This document shows, piece after piece, positions 1 through 13,754 of a DNA stretch of 64,000 bases. The translations under genes were made by a program, and so were the position numbers. Below the pieces are notes generated by a model, which ran no database searches, had not been told where the DNA came from, and was given only the letters and a program-made list of their open reading frames with translations. The stretch lies in NCBI RefSeq assembly GCF_006345805.1, contig NC_043012.1:45818001-45882000 (forward strand), written 5' to 3'. Each line of letters opens with the position of its first letter. Position 1 is the stretch's first letter. Source of the DNA: Octopus sinensis (lineage: Eukaryota).

Positions 1-1540
1 AAAACAAAACAAAAGACGAAGACATGTGGTGTAGACAACAAACAGATGTATTAGTTTAACGCTCTGGAAGTGAAAAAGTCTTTAACGTTTCGAGCCTACG
101 CTCTTCCACAGAAAGGAATACAGAAAGAAACGGGGAGAGAAAAATAAAGAATGTGTAGCGGCTAGCGATCTATCATGGCGAATGCCGGACAGAGGAGTCA
201 CACGGGAGAACTAGGAAGAAGGGGAGATAATAAAGTAGTGGTAATCCCAAAACGAAGGAGAGCGTTCGTGTGTATAAATGAGTATGTATGTGCGTGTAGT
301 AGAGGGCTGGTGACCTGGGCGTGTGCGTGAGTGGGTGATAGTGTGGGTGCTGGGAAGTGGTCAGTACTAGTGTGCGCGTGGTTGTGTGATGGGATGAGAT
401 GTTGTGTGGTATGGTGGTCTGTGTTGCGGTGGTATGTAGTGGGGAATGTTGCGGTGGTATGTTGCGGTGTTGAGAGTGGGGAAAGGATGGGTGAGGTCTG
501 GGTTAGGTTGAGGGTGGGGCTAGAGGTTGGTATGTGGGAGTAGGTATAAGGGATCGGGTAAGGTGAGGATATGGATAGGGAAGGTGGAGTTCGGATTGTG
601 TAGGGTTCGGGTTACGAGGGTGGGGTGATGATGAAGGGAGCGGAGGCAGGGAAAGGTGGGTAGGAATACAGAGAAGAAAGAAGGAGGGTAGGAGTGAAGA
701 GGAGAAGTAGGAGTCGGAATAAGAAAGGAGAGGTGGTTAGGAGGAAGTCGGTGTGAGAGGTAAAGAGGAGAGGGGAGGAAGGTTAGATGAAGAGGGGAGG
801 AGAGATGAACCCATGTGAAGCAAAGGGGCGAAGAGAGAAGATTAATCCCCGTTCTCAGCGCAGATAGGAGTCCGGATGGCCCCTGTGCAAAGACAATCCG
901 GACACAGACAGGTGTTGCAAAGTGTGACCGGTAGAGCGGAAATGGCGTGAGACCGGGATGGCATTGCCAAGTCGGAGAGCTGGGGATGCAGTAGATGACA
1001 TTGGTAGAAGTGCAGGTGGAGTCGGTGAGTCGATATGATAGGATCGATGATGAGTGCCAGTGAGGAGAGTGGTGTTGGATAGGTAAGGGCAAGTGCGGTA
1101 GCGTGGGCGGGAGTAGGGGAACGAGCCGGGTTGGGAGGTTGGGTTAGGGAAGACGCTCTGGACCAAGCGGTCGCGTAGGTTGTGGGCTTGTTTGAAGGAG
1201 GGGTTGCTTAGAGGTGTGCTAAGTAGAGGGGTCGGACTGGAGTCACCGGAAGGCTCGAAGAATGGTGCGTTGGAGAGGTGGCATGGTAGGTGAGGGGAAA
1301 CGGAGACAGGAGATGGCGGGGCGGGTGCAGAGGGAGAGAGCATTTGCACGGTCCACGGAACCTGCTCTGGCAAGGGCGACGTGGTTAGTGGTGAGGGGAT
1401 ATCCACGTAAGATGAAGTGGCAAGGCATGAGTTGAGACTGAGTCTAAACGTCATGTCATCACTGCAGAGCCTGCGTAGACGGAGGAACTGGGAATAGGGG
1501 ATGGAGAGTTTGATGTAGGAAGAGGAAAATTTGAGGTATG
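1..1540 (-). mobile_element. Degenerate Penelope-like element 3' part (RT thumb, GIY-YIG endonuclease, pLTR)
   Basis: Minus-strand translations give SIPYSQFLRLRRLCSDD and RGYP (PLE RT thumb), SFKQAHNLRDRLV..PGSFP..RPR.RTCPYL, CTSTNVIYCI and PVSRHF..GH..HLSV.GL..RT.GIN (GIY-YIG region) across frameshifts. A hammerhead-like pLTR lies at 80-115. Confidence 0.85.
80..115 (-). ncRNA. Minimal type I hammerhead-like motif (variant core CUGUGGA)
   Basis: Reverse complement cttt-CTGTGGA-a-gagc(gtag)gctc-GAA-ACGT-T-aaag: stem I CTTT/AAAG, stem II GAGC/GCTC, ACGT palindrome. Confidence 0.6.
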
Positions 1541-1622
1541 AGTGTGAGTGTGTGTGTTTGTAGTGGATGGAGGTGGTGAGAGGGATACATTCATACATAC
1601 ATATATATACACACACACACAC

Positions 1623-1875
1623 ATCATCATCATCATCATAGTTCGACCGTGGTCGAGACAATGGAATTTACCATGCTACGCCAGACTTCACGGTCCATCA
1701 TGGCATTACGGAGGTTCTGTTGCTGGATGCCTGTATCCCTGGAGATTACATCAGGGTAGGAGAGTGTGCGCCCTCTGGTATTGCGAGTAGATGGCTTCCA
1801 GAGGAGAGCAGTAGAAATTGCCTCGTTTTCAGCTCTACAACAATGTCCAGCAAACTGGACTCTCCTACCTTTCAC
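1623..1875 (-). mobile_element. RTE-clade LINE 3' fragment with (GAT)n tail
   Basis: RRVQFAGHCCRAENEAISTALLWKP..GR..Y.D.I.RDTG....L..AMMDREVWR.MV followed by a short ATG/GAT repeat, typical of RTE ORF C-termini. Confidence 0.75.
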
Positions 1876-2835
1876 AAATACACACACACATATATATATT
1901 TCATTTTATTTATTAGGGAATAAAAATTCCGACATCACAGGGGTTCAAATTATTCTCAATGAGGTAATATATTTGTTATGTAGAGATAGTAGTCCCCATC
2001 ATCACACCATATAAAAGGATTTTAATTTAATACTTACTACTCATTTCTCTGCTACACGTGTTTTTCTTGAGGTTCTTTTACGGTTCCTTAAGCACGCAGT
2101 GTTTTACAGTAACATGTCTTAAAATGTAACCCCAATCATCATGCCTCTAAATAACATTATCATAGTTCGATACAAAATACTATATTTTAATTTTAACAGA
2201 TAAGTATTCGTGTGTGTAAATAGATACACCGGACCTTACTGTGCAACCCATAATTTAATTCAAATAAAATTAATAAGAATGGAAATATAAAATAAAAAAT
2301 AAAAAATAAAACATTTACAAAAACTAAATTCTGACGTAACCTATGTCTGTAAACATTCATATAAAATTAATGATCTGTAGGGATAAAAATAAAATATATA
2401 CTTGTGATGATATAATAATGAAAGAAATGACAAATAAATATATTCGAATAAAAACTATAGTTAAAAGTGGACATACACAAGAACGAATGACAAAATGCAA
2501 CAAGAAAATTTACAAATGATACGAATGATAAAAATAAAAAAAATACAAATTAAAAATTAGAGCTTAATAACTTAAGAGTAACGTAAAACAAATGTCGTAA
2601 AAAATATGTACAAACTACCGTTGACTACCATGGTTCTACTACGTATTAATTTCGGCTTAACGTCGGAAGTATATATATATAGGGATCTGTCAATCTTCAA
2701 TAAAACTAGTAGACGATCAACACTTAGTACAAGAAGAGAAGAAAAATACCACGTAAATACAAAATTACAGAACAAGGTATACCTCAGGTAAAAGAACAGC
2801 TAAAGCAACCTGAAGCAAGAAAAGCAAAAGCAAGA

Positions 2836-3929
2836 AATTGGCCGAGAGGAAGCTATCCTTGAAAGGTCGGGAAGAGGTTGTGAACACATACGTCGCATCA
2901 ACCATTTATTAGCACCTCAGTGTCGTGTCTTGCCCCATTTCGTACCTCATCAAGCTTGAGCTTTTGCATTCCCGCCTGTTATGGGGACAGATTCTGCTGG
3001 TCAGGCGCTCCATATGCTGTCAACACCCTATGGACGGTGGGCTGCACATTCCGTTGATATTGATGCGCATGCATGTGCTGAAGCTGCAGTACATCCAGCA
3101 TTTCCTCGACGACGGTGATCAGCTTTGGTCGCAGCTCGTCTCTTTGAGTGAGCTGCAATCTTGGATAAAGCGTAGACCGATGCTGCGTGTCTGGCACCTT
3201 CAGTGTCGCCAGGCGTTCATGCTCCTCAACCAGACAAGCAATGCAGTTAGTGGAAGTTCTACGATGGCGTTGCGTAGAGGGTTAGAGGTGAGAGGAAACG
3301 ACGAGCTTCACGAGGAGAATCTAGGCGTCGATGAATTTCAACTCGCCAGTCTGTTGCGGAGGACTTTTGAACGGGGGCATGTGGATAACTTCCAGAAATC
3401 CTTGGCCTGGCAGTGCTACGGAGGGGGGGGGGTGTTCTTTTCCTGTTCGAGATAAACTATACAGGCATGAAAGTGCCGTCTCACGGACCTACCCGAGATG
3501 TGCGCAGAGTGACGAAACCGTTCTACACGCACTCGTTCAGTGCCCGAGCATATCTGCTATATGGGTTTATGTCGAAGAAAACTATAAACCCATATCTGCT
3601 ATATGGGTTTATACTGTTACGTGTAGGAAGCGTCCACTTGTCGGCTGATTCCATCATGGAGATTTCCCACCACCTCCCTTTGGTCGGCAAGCGAAGGCAA
3701 TTTTTCCCTGTCTCGTGGCAGTAGCGGAAGAGGCTGTGATTGTGTAGATTGAAAGGGCTGAAAACAAATACTTTTCTGCGTTCTACCATCTGAAAAGGAA
3801 AGTAAGGGTTGAGAGAGAAGTGCTGACTTCCAGCAATTTTGTTAAGAGGTGGATGAATGTGGCGACTACTTTGAGCATGCGCTCTTGAGTTTTCAAGGCT
3901 GAGAGAGAGAGAGAGAGAGAGAGATAGAT

Positions 3930-3967
<38 letters not shown>

Positions 3968-4186
3968 TGAGAGCGCTGTTGCCCTAGTGGTCGTAACGCT
4001 TGTGGATTTTTCGTGGGGGTCTCCATGAGTAGCCCACAGTTCCTTCCGTCTTTTAGGCAATTTCTTTGTTATATTTTTCATCGTTATTAACATTTTACAC
4101 GACACTTTATGTAACTCCATTCTATCCTTCAAGCTTTGTAATGTCCAATCTTATTGATGTCGGCCCTTGTGGCTAATAAAGAGAAG
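2836..4186 (+). mobile_element. Tx1/L1-clade LINE, 5'-truncated, divergent sister of the TATC-associated family
   Basis: LSLKGREEVVNTYVA..CP..VRRSICCQHPMDGGL (post-RT) and RDKLYRH..CPRC.QSDETVLHALVQCP (C-terminal zinc finger). The 3' end tgtggctaataaaga is shared with the copies at 10-12 kb and 30-32 kb and is followed by (ATT)n. Confidence 0.8.
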
Positions 4187-4732
4187 AATATTATTATTAT
4201 CATTATTATTATTGAGGCAGAGAGCACCGAATGCCATCAAATTGACACGAGGGTATAAATATACTAAGCCCAATATACCCACCATGTCTACCCATCTGAT
4301 AAGTGTACACCAGGTACATGCATCACAACCATGTGTGCGTGACATAGTGCTCTCATATCAAGATGAACAGCCCATGACCTTGTAGGTGGGGTCCTCTTAG
4401 AATTCTCTTCGGGTTGAGAAGCCCTTCTTGCTCAAAATATCCCCGAAGAAGCGTTGTTTAAGGATGTATCCAAAACAAAGAATTCCTCTCAATTTCGGGA
4501 TATGATGCTCTCCAAATATTTCTGCTCGTAACCGGAGATGCACATATCGTCAGCCACTAAGGGACATGCTCAACTGGTAAAGGTCAAACAACTGACAAGC
4601 AAATCTGTAGTATTGAGCAGAATATTTGCTGTAGCTCATCTTTTATACCAAGACAAAACAACGTACATGATAACACTTCCGATCAGTTAAGATCGCAAGC
4701 CATGAGAGCCACTGCCTGGTACTGCATCAGGG

Positions 4733-4938
<206 letters not shown>

Positions 4939-5499
4939 TAAATATTCACCAGAATGGCAGTCATCATCATAAAAATCAGTAATGTCTTTCTTTTCCTTGT
5001 AAACGGATCTGCTTTAATTTTTATCTATGTTTACTATAAATATAAATATTTTAGCTTTCACCTCCGTCATTTCCATTTACCTCTTTCCACTACTCCAATT
5101 TTGTCTGCTACTCTGTTCTTGACTTTAAGAAACCAAACAAAACATACATTACTCTTATTAAGCGAATCATTTTATTATATCTGTTTTTAGGTTGTCACTT
5201 TGTCTGAAATGATATTAGACACGTACATGAAAAGGTTTATTTGATTTTTCCTTTTAATCAAGATAATATGCTTTAAATGATATTTTACGAGATGCAGAAG
5301 CAATAATAACGGTTTTTGGTGTTTTTAAATTTGTTTTTAGTATTGTTGTTGATATAACCACCTGTTATGTTTATAGAGTTTGTGCAGAAAAATCATTTTC
5401 AAATAACATTATATAAATGAGACACTCGGGATGATGTTTGTAAATAAGGTAATGACAGCTTGAGTGTTGTGCGACGCACGGATTCACCTTTTAAGGTTC

Positions 5500-6420
5500 T
5501 GATATCTACTTCGTACATATTACGTTGCTCGACATTCTCTATTTAATGTGAAGTGCCAGATTTTGGAGGCGCTGATTTTCGTGATTGTCTTTAGTGCAAC
5601 AATGGCAAAACCCACTTAGTGAGTGTTTTACTGGGATTTTGCCTTGTGCAGGAAATCGGAGGTATTCATCGAGGATTGATCCAGTAATCCGTCTTGCTGT
5701 TTCGGATGGGTTAGGAGTGAAGCACGTATTGTTGCCAGCTGGAATAAAGCTGGCTGATCTGCCATTAGTCACCTGTCAATGACTTAGTGTTATGTCGTAT
5801 ATGGGGAGGGACTTATAGAGTGTTGGGTGGTATATGGACAGGTAACATTTGTCGGACGACTCGGTATGCACGGTTAAGCTATGTTTTGATATAAGATTTA
5901 GTCCGGAGGTAGGAAAGAAATAAAGCTTGCTTAGGGTATCTGCATATCAGTCTGAGATGAATGCCAGACATGTAACAAATTAATAAAAGCTGTCGAGCGT
6001 TGCCAACGGTTCGGGTTTACACTAATGATACTACTGAAGCATTAGTGAGCGAGTCATGAGTTGTAAACTTTGAAATCACCGTAATAAAAAAAGGGTGAAG
6101 AAGGGCATGACACATCTCAACGCAAAAGCAGATGTGAATTAAGCAACTGGCTTCCTTTTTGCTGATGTTTAAGTGAGAGAGAACCATCACAGATAGAGTG
6201 CAATATACGCTGATGTAGAAGCTACCTTTTGAGAGTGAATTTAGAAAAGCAGCTAATCTGAAGAGCTGAGTTGAGCTGGGCATAGATGTCAAGAGAGTGG
6301 GTCTTGGAGGGGAAAAAAGCCTGAGTGGTCTGCGTCTACGTAAGAGAGGATGTTTTCACACGAGTCGGTGTATACTGCAGGGGAATAGAAGTTTTCCACT
6401 GGGGTTACTGCTTTGGGGAT
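5500..6420 (-). mobile_element. Highly degraded CR1/L2-like LINE RT and 3' remnant
   Basis: Minus-strand pieces NILSYVD (YADD-like), LNISKKE (LNxxK) and RLQNLA (LQPL-like) occur in the expected order, with many stops. Confidence 0.45.
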
Positions 6421-6596
6421 TTTATTAAAATGTCTCGACAATCACTATCCAAAGATCTGAATAGAATGCTTCTAAAGTCAACATACAGGTAAGTGATGAT
6501 GTCATAATGGGCAGTATGAATTGCTTACCACCGAAAATGTGGACTATATATTGTGTAGTAGTATAATTGTGCTAAGAGTATAGAAATAAAGATTAG

Positions 6597-6780
6597 TAGT
6601 AGTATTAGTATTAATAGCAGCAGCAGCAGCAGCATTAGTAGTAGTAGTAGTAGTAGCGGCAGCAGCAGCAGCAGCAGCGTAAGTTTTAATCACAGCAGTA
6701 GCAGCAGTAGTATTAACTTCAAGAGATTTAGCATTTTTTCAGTCGTCGAAGCTGTAGTGCTAGTAGCATAAATAAAAGCA
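6597..6780. repeat. Compound (TAG)/(CAG) trinucleotide repeat
   Basis: Directly visible. Confidence 0.9.
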
Positions 6781-6802
6781 GGATTAGTAATAGGAGTCGT
6801 AA

Positions 6803-6995
6803 GGCGACAAGCGGGCAGAAACGTTAGAAATATGCTAAGCGGTATTTCGTTCATCATTACTTTCTTAGTTCAAATTTCACCGCGGTCGATTCTTCCGTAA
6901 TTGATAAAATAAGCATCACTTGAAGACTGGGATCGATGTAATCGACTTACCCAATCCCACGAAATTGCTGGCCTTGTGCCAAGAGTTGAAACCAA
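6803..6995 (+). mobile_element. SINE family B copy (aaggcggcgagctggcagaa type), degenerate
   Basis: Similar to the well-preserved copies at 50482, 57236 and 58265. Confidence 0.7.
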
Positions 6996-7399
6996 TAATA
7001 GTTGCAGTAGTAGAAGTAGTAACTGTAGTAGTGGCTTTGGTATTAGAAGTTGCGCTAAAATCATTATCATCAGTAGGTGTTACATTAATAGCAGCACCAT
7101 GGGTAATATAGGCAGTGGCAATATCAACATTTGCAGCATCACTAGAATGTGCCAGGAGCAGTGGTAGTAGAAGCATTAAGTAACGATATCTGTAGCTGCA
7201 GAGACAGTTTTAAATAAAGTAGTAGCTGCAACAGCTGAAGTAGTGGTAATGATAATAAAAATACAGGTAACAACAGATAGCTGCCATAAAGTAAATCATG
7301 AGGGTGGAATTATAATCGATAAGAAATAGCTATATATTAAATAATAATACATGCAATGTTTTGTAAGTGAAGTTATATCAGACTCATTTATGACAAGGT

Positions 7400-8165
7400 T
7401 ATAAGCCTGAGAAAACAAACACTGGGTGTCCAGGCGTGCCATCGGAAAAGTCAGTAAATTGGATCAATGGGTTCCTCACAAAATTACCGAGTCTAATTTC
7501 GCGCAAAGACTGAATATGTGCTCTTATTTGCTGTCACGTCTCATGAATGAACATTATCTGGAACGAATTGTGACTGCTGATGAGAAATGAGCTCTCTATA
7601 AAAATGTCAAGCGCCGAAGATAATGGGTAGGGGAAGGAGAAACACCGGCACCCCAGGCTAAACAAGGTCTTCACCCACATAATGTGTTGTCATCTGTTTG
7701 ACAAACAAAGGACGTTTACTGCAAGCAGCGTGAGCGGCTTAGGTCAGAGCTAGAAGAAAAACGGCCATCTTTGGTTTGAAGATGAAAGGTGTTCTTTCAT
7801 CAAGATAATGCTTGGCTACATACAGAGAGGATGGCATTCCAAAGGCCGGAGCAGTTTGAATGGTAAGCAATGCCCCAACCACCATATTTGCGGGACATTG
7901 CCCCATCTGGTTATCATTTATTTCGCAGTCTTCAAAATCATTTGGACGGATAAAATAGGAAATCCGTTCACTAGATCGGAACATTACTGGAGGAGTATTT
8001 TTCGTCATGGACAAGTGAATTTTGGAAGAGGGGTCTTGCAAGCCTACCGGACAGATGGAAAAGCATTGTAGAACATGAAGGAGAGTAAATTTCAAATTAA
8101 AAAGAACTTTATATTAATTTTGAAAAATATGTATTAAAAACCGCATTATTTATGGGATGACCCAA
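7400..8165 (+). mobile_element. Degraded mariner transposon (3' two-thirds plus TIR)
   Basis: IGKVSKLDQWVPH and ERIVTADEK motifs. The end cattatttatgggatgacccaa followed by TA is a mariner-type TIR. Confidence 0.8.
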
Positions 8166-9586
8166 TATATGAAGCTCTTCTTGAAAAAAGTGCTGCGCTT
8201 TTACTCCTACATACATAAGACAAACAGAGATACTCAAACATCGAGCGTATACAATTACCCACAAGACATCCATACTTACTGCATGTATACATGTTTACCT
8301 AGACTTATATACTGACAGAGTATCCTATAATTTTGAAGGATAAGAGAAAAAAAACCTAAACAGCAATTAACATTCATGAAACAAACGGATTCTATTTCTG
8401 TGCACTGAAGGCGACACATGTTATAGCACATGTAACGATATCTAAATGCTCATTCATTGTGTACCTGATCCTGCTGTGCCTTCCATAAGTTCCTGCTAAG
8501 TTTTTGGCAGCGACATCCTGAGATAGCTCTATAGACTTCAATCTGCTACAAAATACAAGTTCCTTTCTTATTAATGTGTTACAACAGCCACACTACTCCA
8601 AGTGTGAGATAGCATCTAACTAAGGTTTCTGTAAGATTAGACTAAGTCCCGTCAGTAGTGTTACACTGCTTTCCAGAGGCTGGATGTCCCATATCGTCTA
8701 GAAAACATAAATACTTCTACATATGTACCCCAAACACACCACACATAAATATATACAATTATCTGTTTTAGCGTTTTATTTGTTTTCTTGCATATCCAAA
8801 TAAAAATTGAAAATGTTTTAGTTATTTCTGCTGCTTTAAATATATTTATCGGATTTACATTGTCGCCGTAATTTATTTCAGTATGTACTTCAAACGCTAG
8901 CGTAATTGATGCATGCCGTGTCGACAATGCAGCACAAATTTCATTTCAAGTACATCCTACACAGTTTCCCATCTGTAACACTCTTACCTTTCTAATATAA
9001 TAAGTCCAATAAAACACTTAGGATTTTCTAATTTTGCAGTAATGACACTCTAAAATTCTGCTTTCTTTCATCCGACTATTTGGTGACTCCAGTTCAAGAT
9101 GTTGTCTTTTACCAATTCATTAACATTCTTATATATAACTCTTACCACATTTGTTATTACATAGCTAATATTTGTACAGTTCGGACGTTCATAAGGTCCG
9201 TCGTTATCGCAAAACTCACTTGAATGTATAGCGGTACCGTACATATACATGCATGCATATATATATATAATACCTTCATACATAAACACCTAAATACATA
9301 AATTCATATATTTTTGTATGTATGTGGAATTCTGTATCTCTAAATATATCTATATTTAATGAAGTTTGCTTTTCTTGATAGATATATATAGATTTTTCTA
9401 TTCCTGAGCGTTATACTAATACATCTGTTTGTTTTGTACATCACCTGTCTTTGTCTTTTGTTTTTTTCGTAAACTCTCCCTATATATATATAATATATAT
9501 ATATATATATACAAACATACTTACTTACATACATACATACATATATACTTACACACAACCATATACAATTTATACCTATATTTCCA

Positions 9587-9646
<60 letters not shown>

Positions 9647-9851
9647 CACACACACATACACAAAACCATAATAAAGAGTATGAATATTTAATTTTGCTTG
9701 CTACAGTAACGCTGAGCGCTTCATTTAGTTTCTTGCGATTGCTAATGAAGCAAAAGTGTCCACCCGACTACTTGCTGCTATCCAATGAGTGGAAGGATTT
9801 TACCGGCGCCTTTAAATGTCATCTGTATTTATTATGGACTAATTCTGCTGC

Positions 9852-9950
<99 letters not shown>

Positions 9951-10049
9951 GATCGATCGATCGATCTATCTATCTTTATATATATCTATCTAACTATCTA
10001 CCTGTCTCTTATTCTATTTATCTATCTATCTATTTTTCTATCTATCAAT

Positions 10050-10125
<76 letters not shown>

Positions 10126-10160
10126 TTACCTATCTATTTACCTACATATGTATCTATCTA
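9852..10160. repeat. (TATC)n microsatellite array
   Basis: Directly visible; forms the 5' flank of Tx1 copy 1. Confidence 0.95.
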
Positions 10161-10184
10161 GCAATCTATTTGTCTGTCTGTCTG

Positions 10185-11022
10185 CGAGAAGCGCTACCCG
10201 TTCGGGATAAGCTCTATAGGCATGGCTCGAGAAACACGGGGCCGACCTGCCCGAGATGCGGGCAGAGCAACGAAACCGCTCTGCACGCAATCGTGCAGTG
10301 TCCAGCAATGTCCGACCTGTGGGCTTATGTCGAACGACTGCTGTCACGTGTGGGAAGTGTCGGTTTATCAGCCGAGTCTATCGTTAGTATCGTCACGCCT
10401 CCTTCCTTCAAACTTGTGGCTATGGCGAAAGAATGTATCTGGTGGACGCGTCTGAAAGGATTAGAGACAAACACTTTCCTCTCTGGTCAATCTCTCATCA
10501 ACTTCCTCAAGTACCAATTGAAGAGGAAAGTGAGAGTAGAGGGGCAAGTTTTGTCTAGTGAATGTTTTAAAAAAAGATGGGTGAATGTAGCAAGGATGGC
10601 ACGCATGAATGACGAAGCCACCTTGACTATGATTCTATGAACCGTAAAAATTAATACAGAGAGTTGCTTATTTGCAAAAAAAAGAAAAAGAAATATAGCA
10701 TGTGACTTCATTGACCGAGGTTACCGTGGTCTTTTCCGTAGGCTTTTCTTTCCACGGGTAAACCTCACCTGTCCTCCCCTTTACACTTCATATTGACATT
10801 TCTGTGATAACGATCCCTATTGATCAATTATTTTTTCCTTTCTCTTTTTTTCCTCCCCCCCGTTTTTTTTTAAATTTTATTCCCCCCGTTTTTGTCCTCT
10901 TTCTTTCCCTTTACGATCCCTTTTGATCGAAAACCAAACCCCCTTTTTTTACATCCAAAAGAAAAGCTCTACCTTGTAATTTGTCCTGTCTGTGTGCAGC
11001 CCTGTGTGGCTAATAAAGAAAC
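10185..11022 (+). mobile_element. Tx1/L1-clade LINE copy 1 (5'-truncated, zinc finger plus 3' UTR)
   Basis: ORF 10170-10640 [37 protein letters not shown], then a U-rich 3' UTR ending gtggctaataaagaaac-atatct. Confidence 0.88.
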
Positions 11023-11026
11023 ATAT

Positions 11027-12414
11027 CTGTCCCTAAAAGGTCTGGTGGAGGTGGCGAACACGTACATCGCGTCCATCATCTACTACCGCCTGGTCAGGCG
11101 ATCCATTTGCTGTCAACACCCGTTAAAAGGAGGACTGGGCATGCCGTGGTTGATGATGCGCAGATACGCGCTGAGACTGTGACATCTCAGGCTCTTCGTA
11201 GACGACGGTGAACAGGTGTGGTCACCATTTGTGAGGCACGCTTTCCCGCAGCTCGTCTCCATGACCGAACTGCAGGCGTGGATCAAAAAGAGGCCGAGGA
11301 AGGGCGAATGGCACCGCGAGTGTCGCGTTGCTCTCAAGCAATTCTGCCGTCCTGGGTCGACCTTGAGTGACTTCATCACAACCAAAGCATTGTATAGGGG
11401 ATTAGTGGAGGGGAGGTACGACGACGAGCTCGGGGCGAACCTGGACGTCGACGAGGAGTACCTGACCCGCCTGTTCGGGACGACTTTCGGGCCAGGGCCC
11501 ATGGACAACTTCCAGAGATCCCTGGCCTGGCAGGGATAAGCTCTACAGACACGGCTCGAGAAACGCAGGGCCGACCTGCCCGAGATGCGGTCAGAGCGAC
11601 GAAATCGTTCTGCACGCACTCGTGCAGTGTCCAACAATTTCCGACCTGTGGGCTTATGTCGAACAACTGCTGTCACGTGTGGGACGAGTCGGTTTATCAG
11701 CTGAGTCTCTCGTCGATATTGTCACGCCTCCTTCCTTCAAACGGGAAGGAAGAGCTACTTTCATCATCCTTGTGGCTATGGCGAAAGAATGTATCTGGTG
11801 GACACGTCTAAAAGGATTGGAGACAAACACTTTCTTCTCTGGTCAATCTCTCATCAAGTTCTTCAAGTACCACTTGAAAAGGAAAGTGAGAGTAGAGAGG
11901 CAAGTTTTGTCTAGCGAATGATTTAAAAAAAGATGGGTGAATGTAGCAAGGATGGCACGTATGAATGACGAAACCACCTTGAGCATAACCCTATGAACCC
12001 AGAAATTGAAAACAGAGGGTTACCCACTTGCAAACAAATGTGGTAACATATAACAATATTGACCAAGGTTACCGTGGTCTTTTTCGTAGGCTTTTCTTCC
12101 CACGGATAAACCTTACTTGCTTTCCCCTTTACACCATAAATCATAACACTGTGATACACGATCCCTATTGATCGTTTTTTCCTCTTCCCCTTTTTTCCCC
12201 TTTTTTCTTCTTTTTTTTCATTTCCCTTTTCTTTTGTTCCTTTTCCTTTTTTTCTTTGTTCCTTTTTTCCCTTTTACGATCCCTTTTGATCGAAAACCCT
12301 TTTCTTTGTTTCTTTTGTTTTTTATTTTTTTTGTTTTTTTCATCCCCCAAAAGAAAAGCTCTACCTTGTAACTTGTCCCATATGTGTGCAGCCCTGTGTG
12401 GCCAATAACGAAAC
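11027..12414 (+). mobile_element. Tx1/L1-clade LINE copy 2, tandem to copy 1
   Basis: LSLKG..VANTYIASIIYYRL, CCQHPLKGGLGMP, MDNFQRSLAWQ and the zinc finger. Same 3' end, followed by (TATC)n. Confidence 0.88.
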
Positions 12415-12415
<1 letters not shown>

Positions 12416-12495
<80 letters not shown>

Positions 12496-12546
12496 AATCT
12501 ATCTATCTACCTATCTATCTACCTACTTATCAATCTATCTACCTAC

Positions 12547-12634
<88 letters not shown>

Positions 12635-12643
12635 ATATCTATC
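12416..12643. repeat. (TATC)n microsatellite array
   Basis: Directly visible. Confidence 0.95.
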
Positions 12644-13336
12644 TCGGCATAAATAGCTAGTTTGGCAGATAAACACACATAAGTCGCATTTAGTTAGAAA
12701 TGCAAAACGCGGAATAAACTACTGCTAAAAAGTGAGCTAATTTATTCTCCCGTTTACTTTTAACTGCATTTATCATGAAATATCCTTTCGTATGTATAAG
12801 GAAGGTTACACAGACACACACAAACTGACACACACACGCACACATAACACAAATATATACATACATATATACTTACATACTTACATACATCGATACATGC
12901 ATATGTATATACATACATACGTACGAACGTGCATACATACAAACATAGATGAGACTTCATATCTGTCACGATTCTCTATGCTGACCACAGAACGCTAGTA
13001 CTGGGTTTTCTTGTGTAGTCAGAAAATTCTGCGTCTCTAAACAATCGCAAATCCAAAGAAACTGTATGTCACCCTACAATAAAGTAATACTCACATGCCT
13101 AGTAGAGTTTGCCATCTATGCACACTCGCAAAAATTATCCTGCCTGAAAATATCCACCTCGCAGCACGCTACATGACGACGATTAGTCCTTTCCACATAT
13201 ATTTTAATAATTCTATAATTTTATTTAAGGCACTGAAGTTTATAATCGTAAATTGTTTCAGGTGACTTAAATCCCTTCATATCTTCCAAATATAACGGTC
13301 GGGCTACATGTCTAGGATAAATCTGCAAGAAATAAA

Positions 13337-13754
13337 CGGATCCTTTCGGCTTGAACGGCAGTTTTTTTTCTAGCGGTGTCATATGAAATTGTCACCCATA
13401 ATTATGACCCTGGTATCGATCTGTTGCATTTAAATCTGTTTTAGGGTTAGGGTTAGGGTGGGGGGAAGGGTGTATTTTTTCTTCAGAATGTAAATAAATC
13501 CAATCTATTTCTTAAACGAGGGACATATTCAGAAGGCACAGAATGTTTTCACCTCCATTGACGTCATTGATTGGTTGAAATTGCAGAATTTGAAGAAAAA
13601 AAACAACAAATATCTTACAAACTATAGAATTTTCTCAATAAAGCCAAGAGAAAAAGACATTTTATAAACACATTCTACTAGTATACGAAGTTTTAAAATG
13701 TTTAGTTACGTGGAAATTATTTTAAAAAACTGCCGTTCAAACCGAAAAGATCCG
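13337..13754. mobile_element. Non-autonomous DNA transposon (MITE) with ~30-bp TIRs and internal (TTAGGG)3
   Basis: Left cggatcctttcggcttgaacggcagttttt matches the reverse complement of the right end, cggatcttttcggtttgaacggcagttttt. TTAGGG x3 at 13441-13458. Confidence 0.75.

Noticed and set aside
13441-13458. True telomere or chromosome-fusion scar
   Set aside because: Only three TTAGGG units, embedded between the TIRs of a small element.
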